From positions 3,162,623-3,226,622 of the forward strand of contig CAWIPH010000002.1 in assembly GCA_963837955.1 (NCBI GenBank): a stretch of DNA of 64,000 bases, given 5' to 3'. Of this stretch, positions 36,914-44,550 are shown piece after piece; within the stretch, counting starts at the first letter, position 1; each line of letters opens with the position of its first letter. A program made the position numbers and the translations under genes. The notes under the pieces are model-generated. The model did no database searches, was not told the DNA's origin, and saw nothing but the letters and a program-made list of their open reading frames with translations. Origin of the DNA: an uncultured Verrucomicrobiae bacterium. GTDB lineage: Bacteria > Verrucomicrobiota > Verrucomicrobiia > Chthoniobacterales > JAFAMB01.

Positions 36914-37771
36914 ATGCCAGCAAATCCATTCAACGGTTATACTGAATACGGTATCGGCATCGGCCTACGGGTACCACATTACCGGCACATTCTAGCCAAG
37001 AAGCCGGTAGTAGACTGGTTCGAGATCATTTCCGAGAACTTCATGGTCGATGGGGGTCGACCACTTGAAGTGCTGGATCAGATTTTGGAACAGTACCGCG
37101 TCGTCCAACATGGGGTCGCAATCTACTTTGGTTCGGCCGATAAATTTGATCGAGAACACCTCAAGCGGCTGAAACGACTCGTCAAATACACCCAGACGCC
37201 TTGGCTTTCGGATCATCTTTGTTGGGGAAGCGTCGACGGCCGATACACCCACGATTTGTTGCCGATGCCCTACACCTTCGCCGTCGCGCGGCATACCGCC
37301 CAAAAAATCCGTGAAGCTCGCGATTATCTTGAGGTGCCGATTTGCGTCGAGAATGTCAGCAGTTACGCCGAGTATCATCTTTCCGAAATGACCGAATGGG
37401 AATTTCTCTCAGAGGTGGTTGAGCAAGCAGATTGTGGAATCTTGCTGGATGTAAACAACATTTATGTCTCCTCTCAGAACCATAATTTCAATCCCTACGA
37501 CTACCTAAATAATGTCCCCCACTCCCGAGTGGGCCAAATCCATATCGCCGGCCATTCAAAGTTTGAGAAATACATCCTCGACACGCACGATCACCCGGTT
37601 TTGGATCCGGTTTGGCAGATGTACGCTCACGCGGTCAAGCTTTGCGGAAACACCGCGACACTTCTTGAGTGGGACGATCGAATCCCGACATTTGAGGAAG
37701 TTCACAATGAAGCGCTCAAAGCCAACCAATTCAAAGACAATGTCGTCGCAAGTTCCCAAGCGAATAAATAG
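36914..37771 (+). CDS. DUF692 / MNIO (multinuclear non-heme iron oxidative enzyme; MbnB/TglH/BufB-like) family protein
   Basis: 285-aa ORF with GIGLRVPHYRHIL, DWFEIISENFM, WLSDHLCW, VENVSSY, LLDVNNIYVS and IHIAGH...DTHDHPV. These are the conserved TIM-barrel metal-ligand blocks of UPF0276/DUF692. Confidence 0.9.
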   Translation: MPANPFNGYTEYGIGIGLRVPHYRHILAKKPVVDWFEIISENFMVDGGRPLEVLDQILEQYRVVQHGVAIYFGSADKFDREHLKRLKRLVKYTQTPWLSDHLCWGSVDGRYTHDLLPMPYTFAVARHTAQKIREARDYLEVPICVENVSSYAEYHLSEMTEWEFLSEVVEQADCGILLDVNNIYVSSQNHNFNPYDYLNNVPHSRVGQIHIAGHSKFEKYILDTHDHPVLDPVWQMYAHAVKLCGNTATLLEWDDRIPTFEEVHNEALKANQFKDNVVASSQANK

Positions 37772-38669
37772 TCGGGAAGAATTACTCGAGTTGCAGCGCG
37801 CGATGGCCGGCGCGCTTTTTCGACCGCTGACCGATGACTGGAATATGCAGAGCGAGTCGAGTGACGGCCGCTCGATGCAGGATTTCGCTGCCGAGTTCAT
37901 TAAGCCAAACGACCGCCTGAGTTCCTTTGACCGCCTCGAGATCTACAATCGGCAATATTGGTTTCGGATCCTCGATTGCCTTTATGACGACTATCCCGGG
38001 CTTCTCGCCGTTGTCGGTGAAGAAAAATTTCTAAAGCTGGCCACCGCCTACCTAACAAAGTATCAGTCTGAATCCTACACACTGCGGAACCTAGGGGATC
38101 GCCTCGAAAAATTTCTTCGAGACGAGCCGCATTGGGCCGATCCAAACAACGCGTGCGCGATCGATATGGCACGATTCGAGTGGGCCCAGGTCGTCGCATT
38201 CGACGGACCATCGAAGCCGGTGGTCACGCCAGACGAATTAATTGACGGCTCGTCCGAAGGGCTGCGATTGGGCCTGCAACCTTATTTATCAATTCTTAAG
38301 CTCGATTACCCGGTCGACGATTTGCTTATCGCAGTAAAAAAAGACGCCGATTCTCTGCGTGGGGAGGCTAGCAATGCAGTCAACGCTGCTCCAACCAACA
38401 AGGGCGAAACGGCCCAAGTCCAGCTACCCGAACCCGAAGTAACCTATCTCGCGGTCCACCGATTCGACAACATGATCTATTTCAAACGGCTCGAACCGGA
38501 AGGCTACGTTATGCTGGAAGCGCTAGCTGCCGGATCCACCTTGGAGGACGCATGCCTCAAAGCGGTGGAACAAAGCACTCGGACAGATGTGGATTGGCAA
38601 GCGCTCATTAAGGAGTGGTTCGACAATTGGGCAGCCTTGGGTTGGTTCTGTAGTCCCAAAGTAACCTGA
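37740..38669 (+). CDS. DUF2063 family protein (MNIO partner, BufC/MbnC-position)
   Basis: The track ORF starts at 37512, but that would overlap the DUF692 gene by 260 nt. ATG at 37740 (MSSQVPKR...) or 37707 gives a ~310-320-aa protein overlapping the DUF692 stop by 32-65 nt. N-terminal LQRAMAGALFRP and the gene's position match DUF2063 partners of DUF692. Confidence 0.75.
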   Translation: MSSQVPKRINSREELLELQRAMAGALFRPLTDDWNMQSESSDGRSMQDFAAEFIKPNDRLSSFDRLEIYNRQYWFRILDCLYDDYPGLLAVVGEEKFLKLATAYLTKYQSESYTLRNLGDRLEKFLRDEPHWADPNNACAIDMARFEWAQVVAFDGPSKPVVTPDELIDGSSEGLRLGLQPYLSILKLDYPVDDLLIAVKKDADSLRGEASNAVNAAPTNKGETAQVQLPEPEVTYLAVHRFDNMIYFKRLEPEGYVMLEALAAGSTLEDACLKAVEQSTRTDVDWQALIKEWFDNWAALGWFCSPKVT

Positions 38670-38836
38670 TGCTCGTCGTTCTACCGAGAAAGATTGTGAG
38701 AGGTGATCGGTGAATGGTGGATGCCTGTCGGCAAATTCTCGGCGTAGATCTCCCCGCCGCCAATCACCAATCACCAATCACCAATCACCAATCACTGATC
38801 ACTGATACGCACCCTGAGGCTGGAGCATCAGGCTAC
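38661..38836. repeat. Palindromic intergenic repeat element, copy B (MITE/REP-like)
   Basis: Right arm CCTGAGGCTGGAGCATCAGGCTAC at 38813-38836, identical to copy C. The degenerate left arm GTAACCTGATGCTCG starts at 38661 and overlaps the DUF2063 stop. The inner part has GTGAGAGGTGATCGGTGAATGGTGG opposed to a CAATCAC tandem array. Confidence 0.65.
38761..38806. repeat. Heptanucleotide tandem repeat (CAATCAC)x5 followed by TGATCAC and a truncated TGAT unit
   Basis: Direct reading shows CAATCAC five times (38761-38795). This is followed by TGATCAC and then TGATACG. Inverted partial copies (GTGATTGGTGAATAGTGATTAGATTAGTGAG) occur in copy A at 36509-36539. Confidence 0.85.
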
Positions 38837-38850
38837 TCAGGACGGCCGTC

Positions 38851-39564
38851 CTAGTATTTGTCGTGATAGCGCACCCACGCCTGCGTGAAATCTAATCCGG
38901 CCTCGTCCCGGCCTTTGGGGACCAAATCAAGGTAATTGTAGGCCGCATTCAGCACATCTATCCCGCGGGCGTAAGAGGAATAGGTGTGGAATATATTTCC
39001 AAATCCATCCTTGTAGAAAACGCTGGTTCCCGGCAATTCCGGCGAATCGGTCTTGTGCCTGCCGTAATTGTAATAAACCTCTTTCTTTAGGTCCTCCTGC
39101 GTAAACGATACGTGGTAGTCGTAGTTGAAATCGTTCTTCAAGGATGATAGCCACCTGAAACTCCACCCCATCCGCTTCTTGAACGTTTCCAGCTTTTCCA
39201 ATGGAGCACGGGAAATCGCAACCATGGTCACATCACGGTGATTGAGATGTACGCCGATGCCATTAAAACTGTCGGCCCAAAATGAACAGGACGGACACCC
39301 TTCAGGCCAATCCGGGTCAAACATGAAATGGTAGACAACCAGTTGACTTCTTCCCTCAAAGAGATCCGCCAGGGTCTCCTTTCCCTTTGGACCCTCGAAG
39401 ACGTATTCCTTTTCCACTTTTATCCAGGGCAACTCTCTTCGTTGCTGGCTCAGCTGATCTCGCAGCCGGGTGAACTCTTTCTCTTTGGCCAGAAGGCCCT
39501 TGCGGGCTTCAAGCCATTCTGTTTGCGAAACTACTTTATGTTTTTTGGGGGGTATTTCTGTCAT
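38851..39564 (-). CDS. DUF899 family thioredoxin-fold protein
   Basis: 237-aa ORF with WLEARKGLLAKEKEFTRLRDQLSQQRRELPW, LVVYHFMFDPDWPEGCPSCSFWADSFNG and VSFT...YNY, the typical DUF899 pattern. Confidence 0.9.
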   Translation of the reverse strand: MTEIPPKKHKVVSQTEWLEARKGLLAKEKEFTRLRDQLSQQRRELPWIKVEKEYVFEGPKGKETLADLFEGRSQLVVYHFMFDPDWPEGCPSCSFWADSFNGIGVHLNHRDVTMVAISRAPLEKLETFKKRMGWSFRWLSSLKNDFNYDYHVSFTQEDLKKEVYYNYGRHKTDSPELPGTSVFYKDGFGNIFHTYSSYARGIDVLNAAYNYLDLVPKGRDEAGLDFTQAWVRYHDKY

Positions 39565-39615
39565 ACAATGTCTCCGGTTGTTTGGGAGATTTCCGAACCA
39601 ATCGTGTAAGCGGGA

Positions 39616-40032
39616 TCATCCAGCTTCCTGCGTTTCCACCAACTGAGTCAGCCGTTTCAAGAAACGGTCTCCCCACCCCTGTTCGTACTTTTCGAAAATG
39701 TCCGTTTCGTGCGGTGGCAATCCTTCCCAGCCGGAATGCGTCAAAATTAGTTTAGTGTGTTGGCCGAGTTGCGAGAGCGCGAAGGCGACGAGTGTCTCAG
39801 GTTTGGCGCCCGCAGCTTTAAAGCTATAGACTAACCTTTCACAGGGAATGACTTCTCGCACCACACAGTAAATCGTTCCTTGTTCTTCGCATCGAAGTGT
39901 GAAGTCCTTTCCGACGCAGGCTTCAAAATCTGTCGGCAGAAACCAAGTGGCGATCTTCTTCGGATCGGTGAGATGTTGCCATACTTTCTCAACCGGAGCT
40001 TTGATAGTGATTTCCTTGCGGATGATCCTCAT
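39616..40032 (-). CDS. SRPBCC (AHSA1/START-like) domain protein, paralog 3
   Basis: 138-aa ORF with ITIKAPVEKVWQHLTDPKKIATWF ... LTHSGWEG. It overlaps the upstream ArsR stop by 4 nt, the same arrangement as at 21.5 kb. Confidence 0.85.
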   Translation of the reverse strand: MRIIRKEITIKAPVEKVWQHLTDPKKIATWFLPTDFEACVGKDFTLRCEEQGTIYCVVREVIPCERLVYSFKAAGAKPETLVAFALSQLGQHTKLILTHSGWEGLPPHETDIFEKYEQGWGDRFLKRLTQLVETQEAG

Positions 40033-40394
40033 GGCTCCTGTTCCACCTGCTTTTTGAGATTTTCCAATTTCTCATCCCAGAACGCTTCAAACTTCGACAG
40101 CCAGCCTCGAACCGTTTTGAGTGGAGCCGGATTAAGCGTTTGGATCCGCTCGCGGCCGCGCCGGCGAACAGTGATCAACTTGGCCGTGCGCAGTACCCGC
40201 AGATGTTTGATGACGGCAGGCCGGCTCATGGCGAACTGTTCCGCGATTCGACCGACTGGCTGCTCTCCCCGAGCAAGCATATCGAGAATGAGTCTGCGAT
40301 TCGGGTCAGCGATCGACAAAAAAATGCGGTCTTGCCGGGGAGTGCACTTGGAGTGACCCAATACCATAAGATCACTGCCAATATGTAACTCCAA
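40029..40394 (-). CDS. ArsR/SmtB family transcriptional regulator
   Basis: 121-aa ORF with IADPNRRLILDMLARGEQPVGRIAEQFAMSRPAVIKHLRVLRTAKLI, the ArsR HTH region. Confidence 0.9.
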   Translation of the reverse strand: MELHIGSDLMVLGHSKCTPRQDRIFLSIADPNRRLILDMLARGEQPVGRIAEQFAMSRPAVIKHLRVLRTAKLITVRRRGRERIQTLNPAPLKTVRGWLSKFEAFWDEKLENLKKQVEQEP

Positions 40395-40482
40395 GGTTAC
40401 ATGTCAAATGACGAAAGTTACGTATCGAAGTTGCGTCTAAAAGACAGGCTCCCGTCCAATCTCAGATCGCGACCACCACGGC

Positions 40483-40594
40483 GTAGCCTGATCCTCCTGG
40501 CTCAGGAATCCATGGCGTTATGAGTCCGTAAGACCCTCTACGTGCACTATTCGAGCCGGCAGCGAGGTTCCCTGAGGCTGGAGCATCAGGCTAC
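40483..40594. repeat. Palindromic intergenic repeat element, copy C (minimal form)
   Basis: Left arm GTAGCCTGATCCTCCTGGCTCAGG (40483-40506) and right arm CCTGAGGCTGGAGCATCAGGCTAC (40571-40594) are inverted. They are separated by a 64-nt spacer. The right arm overlaps the stop codon of the 40591..41523 gene. Confidence 0.7.
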
Positions 40595-41523
40595 TGCCCG
40601 GTCGTGATCGCGCGGCGAACGGACGCCAATGGAGCGCTATCGTCGAAACGCACTGTTTTCCCATTCGATATCACTCCGAGTTGTTTCCAGAGGGCATTCA
40701 GATCGGGTGTTACTGGCTTTGCCCTCCATTCGTTGTAAAGCTCTGTTAAGACCGGAACTCCAGTGGCTTTGTCACCCGTCGCCAACAAGTCGGTTAGTTC
40801 TGCTTCTGTCTGGATGTTGCCGTTCTTTTCCAGGATTGCTCGCACGGCGTCTTCCAGACCCTTCTGATTGCGGGTGCGGCGCCGGATCTCAACATCGGCG
40901 TAAAGGCAGAACATGGCTCCTCCCCAGTAGGTGCGACCCCAAGTCGGCGTGTAATCCAGACCGCGATCGCCGGTTTTGGGAAGGCCGTTCGGCATGCCAT
41001 CAACCATGTCTCCCCAAATTTTCTCCGGCGATAATTGGCCAACTCGCGTCCTGGCAATCGGCTCAACGTAGGTGGCCAACCCTTCTTCGATCCAATGATG
41101 CTTTTCGGCCACCGAAGGCAGCGCGAGATGCACCATTTCGTGGGTCATGATCCAATCATCGTCGAATTGCACAGCAGTGTTATTTCGACCTACGGCGATT
41201 TCAATTCGCGCACCTTTCCAGCCCGAAGCGTGCCCGTTGTCTACACCCCATCGACTGCGAAGATTCACCGTGATGTTGACCATGGAAACGGGATATCTTC
41301 GGTAGTAAGCGCTCACTGCCGTTGCTGCTTTGGTAATCCAGACTTGAATGGCCTGCTTCAGCGGATCAGCCGGAGGCGTTGAAAACGATACTTGAATAAT
41401 TGAACCCGCGGACTTGAGCGTGATTCCGCTGTTCGAAGTTTGGCTGTGCATTGGTGCACCCGAGCAAGTGAAAATCAGAACCAGGCTCGTTGTGATGATA
41501 CAACTCCGAGCTGCAATACGCAT
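40591..41523 (-). CDS. Secreted HExxH zinc metallopeptidase (gluzincin-like)
   Basis: 310-aa ORF with a signal-like N-terminus (MRIAARSCIITTSLVLIFTCSGAP). IMTHEMVHLALPSVAEKHHWIEEGLATYVE contains HExxH plus a downstream Glu, as in M1/M61-type peptidases. Confidence 0.65.
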   Translation of the reverse strand: MRIAARSCIITTSLVLIFTCSGAPMHSQTSNSGITLKSAGSIIQVSFSTPPADPLKQAIQVWITKAATAVSAYYRRYPVSMVNITVNLRSRWGVDNGHASGWKGARIEIAVGRNNTAVQFDDDWIMTHEMVHLALPSVAEKHHWIEEGLATYVEPIARTRVGQLSPEKIWGDMVDGMPNGLPKTGDRGLDYTPTWGRTYWGGAMFCLYADVEIRRRTRNQKGLEDAVRAILEKNGNIQTEAELTDLLATGDKATGVPVLTELYNEWRAKPVTPDLNALWKQLGVISNGKTVRFDDSAPLASVRRAITTGQ

Positions 41524-41787
41524 GAGTTACCTTTTCTGTTTTGTGTATTGAGAACAGCCGTAAGAGTCGCCCGAATCGTATTTTCTTCCTCAAACTGATT
41601 CAGCGTTTGCCACAAACCTCCGCAGTCTCAATCCGCGGGCAATTCGCGTGGCTCACAGTGTGATGAACCCTGGAGGCATTCAAATATAGAGCCGGCCCAC
41701 GATTCGTCTGAATGACTGCGTTAATACAATAGGATCACTGTTTTTTCTTGGAAGGACTATCCGCTCCGGCCCCCACCGCAACGACCG

Positions 41788-42612
41788 CTATTCGGGTGCG
41801 GCGTGCGGAGTGGAGACTTCTCTAAGGCCCTCTGGAGTGAATTCTCGATCGGCATAGGCCACGTCGTGTTTAATACGGGAGCCGTCCAGATCGGTCACGG
41901 AATCTCCCCGCGGACCGCGCACGAGCAGATTGCCAGGGATGGACCGACCCAGATCGTCTGTGACCACCCGCGTCGTCTCAATGCGGCGCGCTGGCTGGCC
42001 CGCGCCGAGGTTTTTTTCTACGCGGAGCGCAACGAATCGGCGGGGATCAATCCAAGTGCGCACGCTCGCGTAAGTGGACGACTCTCCCCTGCCAGGTCTC
42101 GACTCAAGAATGACGCAGTTCACGCCATTCAGGACCTCATTGCCAGCGATGGACTGGTTTTCCCAATCGAAGAAGTCCTCGATGATATCCTGGTAAGATA
42201 GATTGCTGCCGAACAGGGCGTCGTTCATCTGTGAGGTATCTAGAGAGCGCAGCTGATCAGGAGGCGTGAAAAGCGAACCAGTCGGGGCGTGACCATCTAC
42301 TTTGTGTAAGAGGACGGCTTCTCCTTTTCGCTCTTTGGGCCAAAGCACTTGGTAAACGAGGTCGGTGGCCGTCTTCGTACGGCGCTGCTTAATCTGAAGT
42401 TGAAGCGCGACCTTGGTGGTGCCGTCAGGCTGTTTCACTTCAAGACGAAGACGCACGTAAGACACGCCATCCTGCAGGGCGGAAAGGCGGGCGGCGAGGT
42501 CCTTGGCGGATATTGCGGGTGGCGCAGTGTCGGCGCCGCGGGCGAACGAAGCAAGTAGCGTAAGGCCGAGAATGGCTGGAACGCGTAACATCATCGAGTA
42601 CAGCAGATTCAT
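41788..42612 (-). CDS. LolA-like outer-membrane lipoprotein-sorting family protein
   Basis: 274-aa ORF with a signal peptide (MNLLYSMMLRVPAILGLTLLASFARGA). The core LFGSNLSYQDIIEDFFDWENQSIAGNEVLNGVNCVILESRP...YASVRTWIDPRRFVALRVE resembles the LolA_like family often paired with FtsX-type ABC systems. Confidence 0.7.
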   Translation of the reverse strand: MNLLYSMMLRVPAILGLTLLASFARGADTAPPAISAKDLAARLSALQDGVSYVRLRLEVKQPDGTTKVALQLQIKQRRTKTATDLVYQVLWPKERKGEAVLLHKVDGHAPTGSLFTPPDQLRSLDTSQMNDALFGSNLSYQDIIEDFFDWENQSIAGNEVLNGVNCVILESRPGRGESSTYASVRTWIDPRRFVALRVEKNLGAGQPARRIETTRVVTDDLGRSIPGNLLVRGPRGDSVTDLDGSRIKHDVAYADREFTPEGLREVSTPHAAPE

Positions 42613-42631
42613 GGATTGTTCGTGTCGAAAG

Positions 42632-43747
42632 TCAGCCTTGTAAGGCCCGGCCCGGGGTGAGCCGCGAACTACGCCATGCAGGGTAGAGACCGCTCATAAC
42701 GCCTACCACAACGGCGATCCCCACAGATTTAGCGAGGAGAATGAAGCTGGTGTCCGGCTCCAGGAGTCCGCGGATGGCAGGCGTCGCGCCGAGGAACTTT
42801 ACACCAATAGCACCGATGAGCACGCCTACCACGCCGCCGAGCAGACCGAGCAGGGCCGACTCCCACAGAACCATCCGAACGATCCGCCCTCGTTTCCATC
42901 CGAGTGCGAGCAAAACACAAATCTCCTGCGTGCGCTCAAATACGTTCATCAGCATCGTGTTCATTACGCCGAGTACACCGACGAGCACCGCCAGCAAAGA
43001 AGTGCCCCAGCTCATGGCCTGCACCATGCGATACGCCTCGCTATTGGTGATATTCTCGCTCGCCACCACGGCGCGGCCTTCCGGGACCAGGCGGTTGATC
43101 TGCTCACAGAGAAGGTCCACATCTTTGGCGCTGGTTGAGGGCGTGACGCTGATGTCGACAATATTGATCCTGCCCTCATTCCCAGAGATTTCTTGGAACA
43201 GGGGGAGAGAGAGAATGATCGAGCCGTTCTCCACCCACGCATTGCCGTCGACGATCCCAACCACGGTCAGCTCACGAGTCTCGATCTCAATCGGATCACC
43301 AACTTTTTTCTTAAGCACTTCCGCCGCTGTACGGCCCAAGACAACGGCTGGCTCTGCCGGGTCGCGCGGCATTCGCCCCGAGATTACCTTGAGATTTTTC
43401 CAAGCAAATCCGGCCCACTCCCGCGCGGACACCATCATCATCTCGGTGTTCTCAACGCTCATCAAGTCTACCAATATCGCGCACGTGTCAGCCACGTGAG
43501 GAAGGTGAGCGATCCGGTCGCGCACCGAGACGGGAAACGGCTTCGGGATCAGGGAGCTGCCCATATTGCTGATTACCACATCGGTGCCACGCGCTTTCAA
43601 TCCTGACTCCCAGCTCCGATTAAACCCGCGCGAGATACCGACCAATGCAACGACGGCGGCAATGCCGATTGAGATGCCTAAGAGTGTCAGCCCGGTTCGC
43701 ATCGGACGACGTGTCAGCCCACGCACCACCACTGTGAAAAAAGTCAT
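42632..43747 (-). CDS. ABC transporter permease, FtsX/MacB type
   Basis: The start was moved to MTFFTVVVRGLTRRPMRTGLTLLGISIGIAAVVAL, just after the ATPase stop. A large periplasmic loop lies between TM1 and TM2. The C-terminal FtsX bundle reads RTQEICVLLALGWKRGRIVRMVLWESALLGLLGG. Confidence 0.85.
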   Translation of the reverse strand: MTFFTVVVRGLTRRPMRTGLTLLGISIGIAAVVALVGISRGFNRSWESGLKARGTDVVISNMGSSLIPKPFPVSVRDRIAHLPHVADTCAILVDLMSVENTEMMMVSAREWAGFAWKNLKVISGRMPRDPAEPAVVLGRTAAEVLKKKVGDPIEIETRELTVVGIVDGNAWVENGSIILSLPLFQEISGNEGRINIVDISVTPSTSAKDVDLLCEQINRLVPEGRAVVASENITNSEAYRMVQAMSWGTSLLAVLVGVLGVMNTMLMNVFERTQEICVLLALGWKRGRIVRMVLWESALLGLLGGVVGVLIGAIGVKFLGATPAIRGLLEPDTSFILLAKSVGIAVVVGVMSGLYPAWRSSRLTPGRALQG

Positions 43748-43748
43748 A

Positions 43749-44495
43749 TTATGCTCCTGCGACGGCCGTTTCGCGATCTGATACAACGCGCCCGTCCTTC
43801 ATGTGGATTATTCGTGATGCTCGCTGGGCGATGCTCGGGTCGTGCGTCACCAACACCAGCGTCATGTTCTCCTCCAGGTGGACCCGAACGATCAGCTCGA
43901 GGATGAGGCGTGCGTTCTCGCTGTCGAGGTTGCCCGTCGGTTCATCCGCAAGCAGGACGGAAGGAGTATTAGCCAGGCTGCGGGCGATGGCAACGCGCTG
44001 CCTTTCTCCGCCGGACAGCTTAGCTGGGAAGTGGTTGAGGCGGTGCTCCAGTCCGACCGACTTTAGCAAGGTCATGGCTCGATATTTGCGCTCCGAAACG
44101 GGAAGGTCGCTTTCAAACATCGGAATTTGCACGTTCTCGAGCGCAGTAAAGGTCGGCAGCAGGTGAAACGCCTGGAAAATGAAGCCGATCTGATGAGCGC
44201 GATAACTCGATGGATCAGGCAGATCAGGAATCGAGTTTCCACGGTAGAGCAAGGTTCCAGCAGTAGGCCGGTCAAGCGCACCCAGCATTTGAAGCAGTGT
44301 GGTTTTTCCACAGCCGCTTGGACCGGTAATGGCCACGAAATCTCCCTGGACCACGCTAAAAGTTACACCGCGCAAGGCCTGGACTTGGCCATCCTCGAAT
44401 TTTTTCTCGAGCCCTATCGCCTCGAACACGTATCTCGAAGGTGCGGTGGTCGGGTTCTCCAATGTACTTTGACTAATAGATGAATGCTGACTCAC
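43749..44495 (-). CDS. ABC transporter ATP-binding protein (LolD/MacB-type)
   Basis: 248-aa ORF with Walker A GPSGCGKTTLL, Q-loop, signature LSGGERQRVAIARSL, Walker B LLADEPTGNLD and an H-loop (VTHD). Confidence 0.95.
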   Translation of the reverse strand: MSQHSSISQSTLENPTTAPSRYVFEAIGLEKKFEDGQVQALRGVTFSVVQGDFVAITGPSGCGKTTLLQMLGALDRPTAGTLLYRGNSIPDLPDPSSYRAHQIGFIFQAFHLLPTFTALENVQIPMFESDLPVSERKYRAMTLLKSVGLEHRLNHFPAKLSGGERQRVAIARSLANTPSVLLADEPTGNLDSENARLILELIVRVHLEENMTLVLVTHDPSIAQRASRIIHMKDGRVVSDRETAVAGA

Positions 44496-44550
44496 AAGAT
44501 CGGTCGTCGCGTGTTCGCCCCAGCTGCGCCTATGGGCTGCACACTCCTGT

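Noticed and set aside
37512-37739. Upstream extension of the DUF2063 ORF (track start 37512)
   Set aside because: It would overlap the DUF692 gene by 260 nt in another frame. The extension (MSPTPEWAKSISPAIQSLRNTSSTRT...) looks like off-frame DUF692 sequence. ATG at 37740 or 37707 gives the usual short overlap.
38761-38806. CRISPR array (also considered for the 10.5-10.9 kb repeats)
   Set aside because: The units are 7 nt with no spacers. The 49-nt repeats occur only twice, with a non-spacer-like interval. No cas genes lie in the window.
42741-43499. 252-aa + strand ORF
   Set aside because: It is antisense to the FtsX-type permease gene, whose TM/periplasmic-loop layout and operon context are convincing.
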